A DNA stretch of 50,298 nt from an uncultured Gammaproteobacteria bacterium (GTDB lineage Bacteria; Patescibacteriota; Patescibacteriia; PEXW01), in NCBI GenBank assembly GCA_964486505.1, contig CAZAMC010000004.1, positions 1 through 50,298 of the forward strand, written 5' to 3'. Shown here piece after piece: positions 15,516 to 24,326 of the stretch (positions are counted from its first letter, which is position 1; every line of letters starts with the position of its first letter). The notes below the pieces were generated by a model. It saw only the letters and a program-made list of their open reading frames with translations, had not been told where the DNA came from and searched no databases. The position numbers and the translations under genes are program-made.

Positions 15516-15547
15516 ACCCTAGGCCGTCCGCTCTCACGCGTCAAGAA

Positions 15548-18091
15548 TTACGGGAGCAGGAGATTGAAGGTGATGCTCGTCGTGCCCGTGTTCTCCACGG
15601 CGTCCGTGACGGTGGCGCCCAAGGCATGGAAGCCGCTCTCGAAGCCGGTGAGGTCCAGCGTGGCAGCAAAGTCGGCGCCCGTGGTGACGTCGGCGAGAAT
15701 TTTGTCGTCGACCGTGTACGTCACGCGGGCCGCAGGACGGGGCCCGGCCGTGGCGACGCTGACGGGCATCGCCGTTGAGGACACGGTTTGGTTTAACGTG
15801 GGTGATACTATGCTCACTGTGGGCGCCGCGCCAGGATCCCGCAGGCTGCAGTCTCCCAGCTCGGGCGCCGTGGCCGTGTAGCCTTTGGTCTTCGCCCACT
15901 TTTGTACCGGTTCTTCCCAGCGGGTGTACTGAGGGTCGCTCGCCGGGTTGGTGGGCGCCGCACCCCGGGGGTCATCCTTGTTCACGTAGAAGAGAATCTC
16001 GTGGACTTCTTTTACGGTTGTGGTTGCCACGAAGGAGGCGGGGTACGCTTCTTTGCACGTATCCGGGATGCGCTTCCCGGTCACTCGGTCGACGAGTACC
16101 GGGACATCCGCCGCCAGCGTGCCGGTGAGCACCGGCTTTTCCGCGTCGTTCGTCGGCGCCTTGGGCAAGCTCTCCCGTTTCGTGCCTTTCAGTGCTTCAC
16201 GGAGGAACTGGTTCCAGGCGGGCGCGGCGACGAAGACCCCATCGGCCCCTTTGGCCATCTTCGAGTTGTCGTTGTTGCCCGCCCACACCCCCGCGACGAG
16301 CGAGGGCGTGCCGCCCATGGTCCAGCCGTCTCGCCACTCGTTGGTGGTACCGGTTTTGCCAAAGACCGTGCGGTCCGAGAGCACTAGGGGTGAACGGGAG
16401 CCGAAGATGAAGCTCCGCGACTCGTTGTCGGAGAGAATGGAGAGGAGGCTAGCAACCACGTTCTTGTCGAGCGCCTCCGCCGTGCGATCCTTGTACTGTT
16501 CCAAGACCTTGCCATTCTTGTCCTCGACCTTGAGCACGGTGGCTATGTCGTGGTGCGTGCCGTTGGCGGCGAAGGTGGCAAAGGCATTGGTGTGCTCGAT
16601 GAGCTTCACGCCGCCGGCCCCCAAGGCGAGGGCCAGGCCGTAGCTGTCGGGGTCGGTGAGGGTGGTGTAGCCGAGCTTGCGGGCCGTGTCGATGGTCTCC
16701 GGGATGCCCGCCAGGTAGAGGGTCTTCACTGCCGGGATGTTCAGAGAGCCGGCGAGCGCCTTGCGCATGGTCACGGGCCCCCGCTCACCGCCGTCGTAGT
16801 TGTTGGGGATGTACGCGGGCCGACCGCCGAAGTTGGTTTTGAGGTCGAAGAGCATCGTTTCCGACGTGTACCCCTTAGCGAATGCGGTGGCGTACACAAT
16901 GGGTTTAAATGATGACCCTGGGTTGCGCGTGCGAATGGCAATGTTCACGTTGCCATCGTACTTCGTGTTGAAGTAGTCTCGTGAGCCCACCAGCGCCACC
17001 ACCTGGCCACTCTTGGGGTCGATGGCAACCATGCCCATGTTCGTCGCGCCGTAGCGCTTCTCGTTTTTCTGTACGTTGTCGGTCACGGCCTTCTCCGCAA
17101 TTTCTTGCATTTTCCAGTCCAGCGTTGTCGTCACCTTCAAGCCGCCGCGCTCTAGGACCTGTTCGCCGTACCGATCGGCGAGCTGCTCCTTTACCATGAG
17201 AACGAAGTGCGGGGCTTTAATTTGCTCCCGCTTTGGCTGGATGCGCTTGAGGATATCGACCGCCTTCGCGCCTTCGTACTCTTCAGTGGTGAGGTAGCCT
17301 TGCTCGCGCATTTGGAAGAGTGCGTACTGCTGGCGGGCCACGAGGTCTTCAGTGTGGTTGCCGTACGGGCTAAAGTACGTGGGGCGCTGGGGGATGGCGG
17401 CGATGAGGGCGCCCTCGGCAATACTTAGGTCACGCACTGATTTTCCGAAGAAGCTCTGGCTCGCGGCTTCTATCCCGTAGATCGTGCCGCCGTACGGGAT
17501 TTCATTGAAGTACATTTGCAGAATTTGGTCCTTGCTGAACTTCCGCTCCAGCTCGTAGGCGAGGATGATTTCTTTGAGCTTGCGCGAAACTTTCCGTTCC
17601 GACGTGAGGATGGCATTCTTGATGAACTGCTGCGTGATTGTTGACCCGCCCGTTGCTCGGCCGCGGAGTGTATCAAAAATGACGCCGCGAACGAGGTGTC
17701 GGATACTCACGCCGCCGTGCTGGTAGAATTCGCGGTCTTCCAGCGCAATCGTCGCCTGACGGACGTGCTCCGGAATGTCCTGGAGCTTCACCAGCGAGCG
17801 CCGCACGTCACCGTGGACATCGTAGAGGAGCGTCTTGCCGTCGCGCGCGTAGATCTTCGTGCTCACGGCTACTGCCCGCTCGGTAATGCGGTCGGGATCG
17901 GGCAGGTCTCGGCTCACCCAGGCAAAAGCCGCGACAACGGTAATGGTACCCGCGAGAAAACCAATGGCAATAATGATACCAATGAGTTTTAGAACACGCT
18001 TACGCGTCCAAGGCCGGCGAGGCTTTCGGTGAAGCTCGCCCCCATCGGGAACGGGGCGTCGGACGATGCGGTGGAGGTGGGGGAGGGGCAT
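15548..18091 (-). CDS. class A penicillin-binding protein (GT51 transglycosylase plus transpeptidase) with a C-terminal Ig-like extension
   Basis: 847 aa. N-terminal TM segment. GT51 motifs ALEDREFYQHGGVS and RKLKEIILAYELERKFSKDQILQMYFN. Transpeptidase motifs SSFKP (SxxK), SLN and KTGTT. The C-terminal ~100 aa is beta-rich. Confidence 0.93.
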   Translation of the reverse strand: MPLPHLHRIVRRPVPDGGELHRKPRRPWTRKRVLKLIGIIIAIGFLAGTITVVAAFAWVSRDLPDPDRITERAVAVSTKIYARDGKTLLYDVHGDVRRSLVKLQDIPEHVRQATIALEDREFYQHGGVSIRHLVRGVIFDTLRGRATGGSTITQQFIKNAILTSERKVSRKLKEIILAYELERKFSKDQILQMYFNEIPYGGTIYGIEAASQSFFGKSVRDLSIAEGALIAAIPQRPTYFSPYGNHTEDLVARQQYALFQMREQGYLTTEEYEGAKAVDILKRIQPKREQIKAPHFVLMVKEQLADRYGEQVLERGGLKVTTTLDWKMQEIAEKAVTDNVQKNEKRYGATNMGMVAIDPKSGQVVALVGSRDYFNTKYDGNVNIAIRTRNPGSSFKPIVYATAFAKGYTSETMLFDLKTNFGGRPAYIPNNYDGGERGPVTMRKALAGSLNIPAVKTLYLAGIPETIDTARKLGYTTLTDPDSYGLALALGAGGVKLIEHTNAFATFAANGTHHDIATVLKVEDKNGKVLEQYKDRTAEALDKNVVASLLSILSDNESRSFIFGSRSPLVLSDRTVFGKTGTTNEWRDGWTMGGTPSLVAGVWAGNNDNSKMAKGADGVFVAAPAWNQFLREALKGTKRESLPKAPTNDAEKPVLTGTLAADVPVLVDRVTGKRIPDTCKEAYPASFVATTTVKEVHEILFYVNKDDPRGAAPTNPASDPQYTRWEEPVQKWAKTKGYTATAPELGDCSLRDPGAAPTVSIVSPTLNQTVSSTAMPVSVATAGPRPAARVTYTVDDKILADVTTGADFAATLDLTGFESGFHALGATVTDAVENTGTTSITFNLLLP

Positions 18092-18130
18092 GCGAGCGTC
18101 TATTCTAGCGGATTATTGGCACTCTGCAAC

Positions 18131-19999
18131 CTAGAGGGGGCGGGGTGTCCGTGAGAGCTTGGCGTACTCGCGGAAGATCCGTCGAGCGCCCACGGCTGAC
18201 CAGAGCTGGACCTTGCTCATGCGCTCGCCCACCGCTTGCTGGTCGGTGAAGAGGTGGGGCGTGCCGTGGTCATCGTAGTGGAGCTCGGGGATGGCCTTCA
18301 GCTTGGCGAACGCGTGGACCATGGTGCGGCACAGGTCGCGGGCAGTAGTGTGGAGGAGCGCGCTTGTACTGGGCGCCCAGTGTCGCGCTGCAGCCCGATC
18401 GAGGTGTCGGGTGAGCCCCATGACGGTGAAGGCCACTTGCTTGGTCCACACCACGAGGCCGTGGTACTCCTGCGACGTGTACCCCAGCCCGTTGTTGGCC
18501 GCAATAAGCGTGGGGCCTGACCCCGTCCAGAAGTAGTGCGGGTCCTGCAGCCGTTTGCAGAAGCTCACGAGTTCCGCCTCGGTCCCTTCGCCGAGCGCGT
18601 ACCGGTAGCATTCGTCGAGGTGGTTTACTTTTAGGAGTGGTAACTTGAGTTTGCTGGTGGGCGTCCGCAGGTCTTGCTTGAAGTTGTAAATCGCCAGGGC
18701 GTAGGCGGGCAAGCGGTCGCCATTCGTGAAGGCGAAGAGGCTCGCTTTGGTAGACCAGCGTTTCACGAGGGTGGCCAGACCCGGCACCTGGAGCTTCAGC
18801 TTCCGTTGGAGCAGGGCAATTTCCCGCAGGGCCTCGGGGTAGAGCACGCCGCTCACATCAAAGGGCGCAACGTGTGGGTGAACCTTCTTGTACGCCCACG
18901 TACTATCGCGCCAGTTGCCCACAAGGTAGTACGGCTCGCCGGGCATCTGGGCTGAGCGGGGCCGGCGCTTGAAGGCTATGAGGAGTTTTCGGCGGGCATG
19001 TGCGACCACGTAGGTGGCAACCTTGCGGAGCTTGGCTACGGCGTCGCGGTTAGCCCAAAGGTTGGGCGATGCGTAGCGCAAGGCGAGGAGGACGAGCGGC
19101 TCAATATCCACCATCTTGCGGTCAAAGAGGTCGCGCCCCGCCAACTGGTGGCGGTAGCGGTACTCACCAACAACGTCTTCGTGCCACATCCGGCCCGTAC
19201 TATCCACGTTTGCTAGGCACCGGCAGATCATTGCATCCACGATGTCTGCGGGGATGTCGCCCGCGCCTAAGAGGATTGATTCCAGCCAGTCCCGCGGGAA
19301 GACGGTGCCGAAGCGGTCGCCCGAGGTCTTGCCCCAGGTAATGAGGTGGTCCACCTCAATTTTCGACCGCTTCCAGAAGTTCCGCACGGTGGCTGCGTCT
19401 TTCCCGTACGCACTCCAGTCCACGGCTTCGGCCGGCACCACCGAGCAGCGGTACGCTGCCTCGGTTTGATCATTGGTATCAGCGGTAATGGTGAAGGGGA
19501 TTTCCCGCTTGCCCCGCGCCTCCAGCTTGAAACCGCCGAAGGGCCGAGCAATGGCCGTGACGTTTATGGACTTTGGGAAGTGGAAGGTGGTGCCGTACCA
19601 GTGCTCACCGTAGGACCGTCGAAAAACCAGCGCCTTACCGGTGGCGCCCTGGCTTCGGTGGATCCACATGGGCACGGACTGGCTGGTCTCACGCTTGCGG
19701 AGCTCCAAGAAGGTTTTATGTTCGCCCGTTTTCTCGTCCACCACTAACCCCCGCATGGTGCGCATGTCGCCCATGACCGGGTAGTACAAGTTGAAGGTGT
19801 TCTTCAACCACCGGCCCGTGACTTCCAGCTTGCCGTCCGGTGTGGTGGCAACCGTATCTATGGCCAAACGGTGCCGCGGCGCATCAATGAGCGCACAGTA
19901 GAGGTGGTTGTTGGGGCCGAGGATGCGGAACTGATCTAGCTGGTCGAAGTCAACGTACCAGCCACCTTCAATCCAGAGGTTCGCATCGAGTTGGGGCAT
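18131..19999 (-). CDS. putative (alpha/alpha)6-barrel glycoside hydrolase, amylo-alpha-1,6-glucosidase (GDE_C)-like
   Basis: 622 aa. FGTVFPRDWLES, GNWRDSTW, EYHGLVVWTKQ and KVQLWSAVGA resemble the FGRD / YHNGxVWPW / QAWS signatures of GDE-like barrels. The N-terminal ~220 aa is beta-rich. The CDS is confident. The function is tentative. Confidence 0.6.
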   Translation of the reverse strand: MPQLDANLWIEGGWYVDFDQLDQFRILGPNNHLYCALIDAPRHRLAIDTVATTPDGKLEVTGRWLKNTFNLYYPVMGDMRTMRGLVVDEKTGEHKTFLELRKRETSQSVPMWIHRSQGATGKALVFRRSYGEHWYGTTFHFPKSINVTAIARPFGGFKLEARGKREIPFTITADTNDQTEAAYRCSVVPAEAVDWSAYGKDAATVRNFWKRSKIEVDHLITWGKTSGDRFGTVFPRDWLESILLGAGDIPADIVDAMICRCLANVDSTGRMWHEDVVGEYRYRHQLAGRDLFDRKMVDIEPLVLLALRYASPNLWANRDAVAKLRKVATYVVAHARRKLLIAFKRRPRSAQMPGEPYYLVGNWRDSTWAYKKVHPHVAPFDVSGVLYPEALREIALLQRKLKLQVPGLATLVKRWSTKASLFAFTNGDRLPAYALAIYNFKQDLRTPTSKLKLPLLKVNHLDECYRYALGEGTEAELVSFCKRLQDPHYFWTGSGPTLIAANNGLGYTSQEYHGLVVWTKQVAFTVMGLTRHLDRAAARHWAPSTSALLHTTARDLCRTMVHAFAKLKAIPELHYDDHGTPHLFTDQQAVGERMSKVQLWSAVGARRIFREYAKLSRTPRPL

Positions 20000-20059
20000 G
20001 GGTACATGATAGCACTGGGTAGCAAAAAAGCGCCTAACTATCTCATTTGGGCGACACTT

Positions 20060-20977
20060 TTACTTCCTATAGAACTTCGCCGCGTCCTCGGGCGCTACGC
20101 TGTTGATGACCAAGCGGGAGCCTACTTCCACACCGCCCCAGGTCTGCTGGCGGGGCGCAATGCGCAGGTAGAAATGTTCATCTTTCTCGCTGAGGGTCTG
20201 GTGTAGGTAGAAGTTATACGGGAGGTTTGTGCGGTTTACTTTCTGCAGGATGCTCCGCAGCGCCTTTGCGAAGGCGAGCCGTTCGGCGCGCGTCAGACGA
20301 GTGAGGTTGTCTAAGTGGCGCGTGGGGAAGAGCCAGACTTCGTACGGGTAGTGGGATACGTACGGGGCAATGGCCGTCACGTACTTGTTCGAGAGAATAC
20401 GCCGGGGCCCCCGTTTTTCTTTGGCAATCGTGTCGCAGTAGTAGCACGCGTCGTGTTCAATTTGGTAGGCGCGCACGTTCACTAGCTTCTGGGCAATGTG
20501 GGGTGGTACAAAACCCGTGGCGAAGATCTGCGAGTGTGCGTGGACCAGACTCGCCCCGGCTTTGCCGCCGTGATTCTTGAAGATGAGAATGTACTCCATC
20601 TTGGGCATGCGCGAGATGTCGCGGGTCCGGTGCTGGTAGAGGCCCAGCAGTTGGTCGAGGTGCGCCACCGAAAGCTCGGCGAGCTCGACGTTGTGCGCCG
20701 GGGTTTCCACAATGACTTCCTGGTAGCCGTAGGCTTTCGGGTTATCGCGGGCGACTGCGGGGAAGTCATTCTTGATGACGCGAATTTCGCTGGCACCGTG
20801 ACCCGAGCACACTACAACCTTCTTCTTGCGTAAGGCGTCGGGGCAGAAGGGGCAGTTGTGGGGCGCAACCGTAATTTCTTCCGGGACATCGTGCGGGCGG
20901 ACGCCGCGTTTTGGTGCCACAATGACCGAGCGGTCGTGGATGGTATCGATGCGGAGTTCAGGCTTTTTCAGCGGCAT
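20060..20977 (-). CDS. galT: GalT-type hexose-1-phosphate uridylyltransferase (HIT superfamily branch III)
   Basis: 305 aa. Zinc-knuckle CPFCPD near the N-terminus and the active-site HxHxQ motif (LVHAHSQI). It could equally be an NDP-sugar phosphorylase of the same family. Confidence 0.85.
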   Translation of the reverse strand: MPLKKPELRIDTIHDRSVIVAPKRGVRPHDVPEEITVAPHNCPFCPDALRKKKVVVCSGHGASEIRVIKNDFPAVARDNPKAYGYQEVIVETPAHNVELAELSVAHLDQLLGLYQHRTRDISRMPKMEYILIFKNHGGKAGASLVHAHSQIFATGFVPPHIAQKLVNVRAYQIEHDACYYCDTIAKEKRGPRRILSNKYVTAIAPYVSHYPYEVWLFPTRHLDNLTRLTRAERLAFAKALRSILQKVNRTNLPYNFYLHQTLSEKDEHFYLRIAPRQQTWGGVEVGSRLVINSVAPEDAAKFYRK

Positions 20978-20979
20978 AG

Positions 20980-22029
20980 TTACTTTGATAGCCTCGTGAG
21001 CAGGCGCGCGTAATCGTCCACCATGCGGTTGAGGGAGAAGCGTCGCTCGGCTTCCTGCCGGCAGGCTAGCCGCTTGATGCGGTGGATTTTCCGAACGGCC
21101 ACAATCATCTGCGGGACAGTTTTCACAATGTAGCCAGTGCGGCCATCTCGCATGAGCTCGGGGACAGAGCCGCGCCGGAAGGCCACCACGGGCGTACCGC
21201 AGGCGAGGGATTCCGGAATGACCAGGCCAAATGGTTCTTCCCAGCCGATGGGAAAGAGCGTGGCCATAGCACCGCCGAGGAAGGTTGCTTTTTGGGCGTG
21301 CGTTATTTCACCAACGTACTGAATGGATTTGTTGAGCGCGGGTTTTACGTACGTGGCGAAGTAGGTTGCGTCGGCTACGGGCCCCGCAATTTTCAACGGC
21401 ATGCGTAAGCTCTGCGCCACGGCGATGGCTTCGGCGACGCCCTTGTAGTCCCGTATTCGACCGAGGAAGGCTAAGTAGGTGCCAGGGCTGGGTTGGAAGC
21501 GCAGGCGCGCCGTGTCCACCCCGTGGTAAATGGTATCGACGAACTTTGCACTCCGGGCAAGTCGCCGCTGGGCGTTGGAGATCGAGATGTACTTTTGTCG
21601 CGGGGCGCTCGCCATGACCCGACTATCCGTATACGTGGGCGGGCTGTGGAGCAGGGCAACGGTCGGGAAGCCGGCAAACCCCGCGAAGTGCGCGCTGACC
21701 ATTGGGACGTGGGAGAGCATGACCTTGGCGCCCCAACGCTGGGCATCGCGGTAGGCATTACTCGCCTGGATCATTTCGTACGCCTTGTGGTTGGCCATGC
21801 CAATCTTGGGGTCGCGGATAGACGCCCGTGTGGTGACGCTCACTAGGCGCGCGTGCGTCTTGGCATCAGCCGCGGCGTAGAGCGTCACTGGGAAGCCACG
21901 GTGCACGAGGCCCTCGGTAATCTGCGATACGATGAGCTCCGCTGCGGCAGTGGCGCGCGGCGGGATGGTGTTCAGGTTTGAGGCGAGAATGGCGATTTTG
22001 GGTTTCTTCACGAGTGTAGTGTACGGCAA
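20980..22029 (-). CDS. GT4-family (GT-B) glycosyltransferase
   Basis: 349 aa. E-x7-E region EEPFGLVIPESLACGTPVVAFRRGSVPE. The listed start is TTG. A GTG at 22011 (MKKPKIAILASN) is an alternative. Confidence 0.88.
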   Translation of the reverse strand: MPYTTLVKKPKIAILASNLNTIPPRATAAAELIVSQITEGLVHRGFPVTLYAAADAKTHARLVSVTTRASIRDPKIGMANHKAYEMIQASNAYRDAQRWGAKVMLSHVPMVSAHFAGFAGFPTVALLHSPPTYTDSRVMASAPRQKYISISNAQRRLARSAKFVDTIYHGVDTARLRFQPSPGTYLAFLGRIRDYKGVAEAIAVAQSLRMPLKIAGPVADATYFATYVKPALNKSIQYVGEITHAQKATFLGGAMATLFPIGWEEPFGLVIPESLACGTPVVAFRRGSVPELMRDGRTGYIVKTVPQMIVAVRKIHRIKRLACRQEAERRFSLNRMVDDYARLLTRLSK

Positions 22030-22119
22030 AATGCAGAAAAAATCGACGATACAGCAATCATGATTTTTTCCGTAACGACCTGATGGCTATCAGTTGGTTG
22101 ATGGTCAATCACGGATAGA

Positions 22120-22147
22120 CCACCTTTTCTGGCGTCAGAAAAGGTGG
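22120..22147. repeat. perfect 12-bp inverted repeat (CCACCTTTTCTG gcgt CAGAAAAGGTGG) in the 255-nt gap between GT4 genes
   Basis: Read directly from the sequence. No adjacent T-tract on either strand, so it is not a canonical terminator. Confidence 0.6.
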
Positions 22148-22284
22148 CGCCAAAACCCGCCGCGCCTCGCGCGTCGAGGCGGGGACCGTTGGGGGCTCAA
22201 CATGTGGTCTCTGGGAGCAAGACAAATATCGTTTATACATGCACCACGTTTCGCCCCCAAACCCCAGTTTTCTAAAACTATAAC

Positions 22285-23343
22285 CTACTTTTTCTTCGCA
22301 ACGAGTCTTCTGTACACCGCTTCGTAGCCGGTGACCATTGCTTCTACAGAGAAGTGTTGCGCCACCCGTGCCCGGCATGCCCGACGATCAATAGTGGAGA
22401 GTTGCTTGATCGCGCGCACGGCGCCGGCTACGTCGTTGACCACAAAACCCGTTTTTTTATGGGCTACAATTTCTGGTACAGACCCGCGGTGCGTGGCAAT
22501 CACGGGCGTGCCGCTGGCCATGGCTTCGGTCATGAACAAGCCGAAGGGCTCTTCCCACTGGATGAGGGCGAGCAAGCCCACGGCATTTTTTAGGAGCCGA
22601 ACCTTTTCGGCGTGGTCAACTTCCCCCAAGAACTTCACCTGCTTGCCATCAATGAAAGGCTTCACCTTCTGCCTGAAGTACGCTTCATCAACCGTGTCCA
22701 CTTTAGCCGCCATAATCAAGCGCATCCCACTGCGTTTCGCTGCTTGAATAGCTTGTACCGGCCCTTTCTCTGGGCTCATCCGGCCCAGGAACGCCAGGTA
22801 GTTGCCTTTCCCGCTGCCCAGCGGGTGGCGTTGCATGCTAATGCCGTTGTAGACCGTGCGGATGAAGTTGAGGTTTGGCAGCGGTGTGCGCTGGTTGTTA
22901 GAAATAGAAACGAGTGGGACTTCTCGGTACGCGTTGTGCACTTTAGCCGCCTCGGTGGTGTTCAGACGACCGTGCAGGGTGAGGACCGTGGGTGTCCGTA
23001 CCAAGCGCGTGTACGGGAAGAACGTTGAGCCGATATGGAAGTGCATGATGTCGAACTGCTTCGCTCGCTCAAATGCCCACCCGAGTTCCAGGGTCTGCCA
23101 GTAGTTTGGGACCAGGTACCCCCGGGAGGCGTGCCGGGATTGTGCACGCGGGTCAGGGTGGTAGAAGGGTATCAGTTTTGCGCGCGTGTGCGAGTCGGAG
23201 CGAGCGAGGAGGGTGACCCGGTGGCCGCGCTCGACCAGACCATTTGCAAGGTTCGCGATGACGAGTTCGGTTCCGCCGTACTTCCTAGGGGGCACACGTT
23301 CGGCGAGCGGCGCAATGAGGGCAATGCGGAGTTTTTTTGGCAT
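22285..23343 (-). CDS. GT4-family glycosyltransferase (paralog of 24323..25378)
   Basis: 352 aa. N-terminal KLRIALIAPLAERVPPRKYGGTELV and WEEPFGLFMTEAMASGTPVIATHRGSVPE. Its ATG overlaps the upstream kinase TAA (TAATG). Confidence 0.9.
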   Translation of the reverse strand: MPKKLRIALIAPLAERVPPRKYGGTELVIANLANGLVERGHRVTLLARSDSHTRAKLIPFYHPDPRAQSRHASRGYLVPNYWQTLELGWAFERAKQFDIMHFHIGSTFFPYTRLVRTPTVLTLHGRLNTTEAAKVHNAYREVPLVSISNNQRTPLPNLNFIRTVYNGISMQRHPLGSGKGNYLAFLGRMSPEKGPVQAIQAAKRSGMRLIMAAKVDTVDEAYFRQKVKPFIDGKQVKFLGEVDHAEKVRLLKNAVGLLALIQWEEPFGLFMTEAMASGTPVIATHRGSVPEIVAHKKTGFVVNDVAGAVRAIKQLSTIDRRACRARVAQHFSVEAMVTGYEAVYRRLVAKKK

Positions 23344-24326
23344 TAGGATTTGAGGAGTGAGGGGAAGCCACGGAGCGCTGCTCGAAAGGTGCGGGCGTAG
23401 TACTGCAAGAGCTTGCGAATAACCGCTCGGTTCTTTTCATGGTGTAAGCGGTGGAGGATGCGGTCGTGGAGGAGGAGGTCCCGCAAGCAGAACAGCAGGA
23501 CTTCAATGCTGAAGAGGGTACCAAAGGATTCGGGGTGTGGGTGGAGTCCGGCCACCCGGAGCGCCAACCGATTCCGCCAGGGCGCGCGGGAGAACTCTTT
23601 CACCCACAGCTCCGCCACGTCGTAGGCGGGGGAGGCAATTTGCACGTGCTCCCAGTCCAGGATGCTAAAGTGGTCGGCGTTGACGATGAGGTTGTTCGTG
23701 CTGAGGTCGCCGTGGCTGACGCCGAGGTCTCGGGGCAACCGCTTTTCGGTTTTGTGGAAGGCAATGATGCGCGCCGCCGCCTCCAGTTCAGTTTCGGTAA
23801 GGTACTGCAGGATGGTCCGCCGGTTCTTCCCGCGGGTGTAGAGCGTGAAGCGCTTGCCGAAGTCACTTGCTCGATGCGCTTGTAAGTGGAGGAGCCGACG
23901 CGTGGCCGTGGGAATGTGGAGTTGACCGTAGCGCGTCAACGCCTGCGCAAGGGCGGTGATGAGGCGCGGGGCCAAATGGCGACCGTTCCGCTTCAGGTGA
24001 CTGGTGAAGAGAGCTCCAGGAATGTAGTGGTACAGAATCCAGGGGTGCTCGCGGTTGCGGTCGCCCGCAACCCACCGCGGGAACTCTACCAAGTGCGCAC
24101 GGGCCGCGTAGTGGTAGAAGGCAATTTCGTGTTGGAAGTCGTGGCGGATGGTGGGCACGCGAAGCAGGTACACCTTGAAGGTGAACTCGTTGCCTTTCGC
24201 ATCCACGCAGCGCGTACGGAAGAAACGGCGCTGGTGGCTGAGGATTTCTTTTACGTCGCCGTCAGGCGTCAACCCACGCTTTGCGAGCAAATGGCGGACG
24301 TGGCTGAGCAGCTGACGGCGGGTCAT
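23343..24326 (-). CDS. APH-fold (aminoglycoside phosphotransferase / choline kinase family) kinase, substrate unknown
   Basis: The internal ATG (MTRRQLLSHV...) of the listed 23343..24602 ORF gives 327 aa. Catalytic loop HGDLSTNNLIV and metal-binding ILDWEH. There is an ATGA overlap with the upstream GT4. Confidence 0.8.
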   Translation of the reverse strand: MTRRQLLSHVRHLLAKRGLTPDGDVKEILSHQRRFFRTRCVDAKGNEFTFKVYLLRVPTIRHDFQHEIAFYHYAARAHLVEFPRWVAGDRNREHPWILYHYIPGALFTSHLKRNGRHLAPRLITALAQALTRYGQLHIPTATRRLLHLQAHRASDFGKRFTLYTRGKNRRTILQYLTETELEAAARIIAFHKTEKRLPRDLGVSHGDLSTNNLIVNADHFSILDWEHVQIASPAYDVAELWVKEFSRAPWRNRLALRVAGLHPHPESFGTLFSIEVLLFCLRDLLLHDRILHRLHHEKNRAVIRKLLQYYARTFRAALRGFPSLLKS

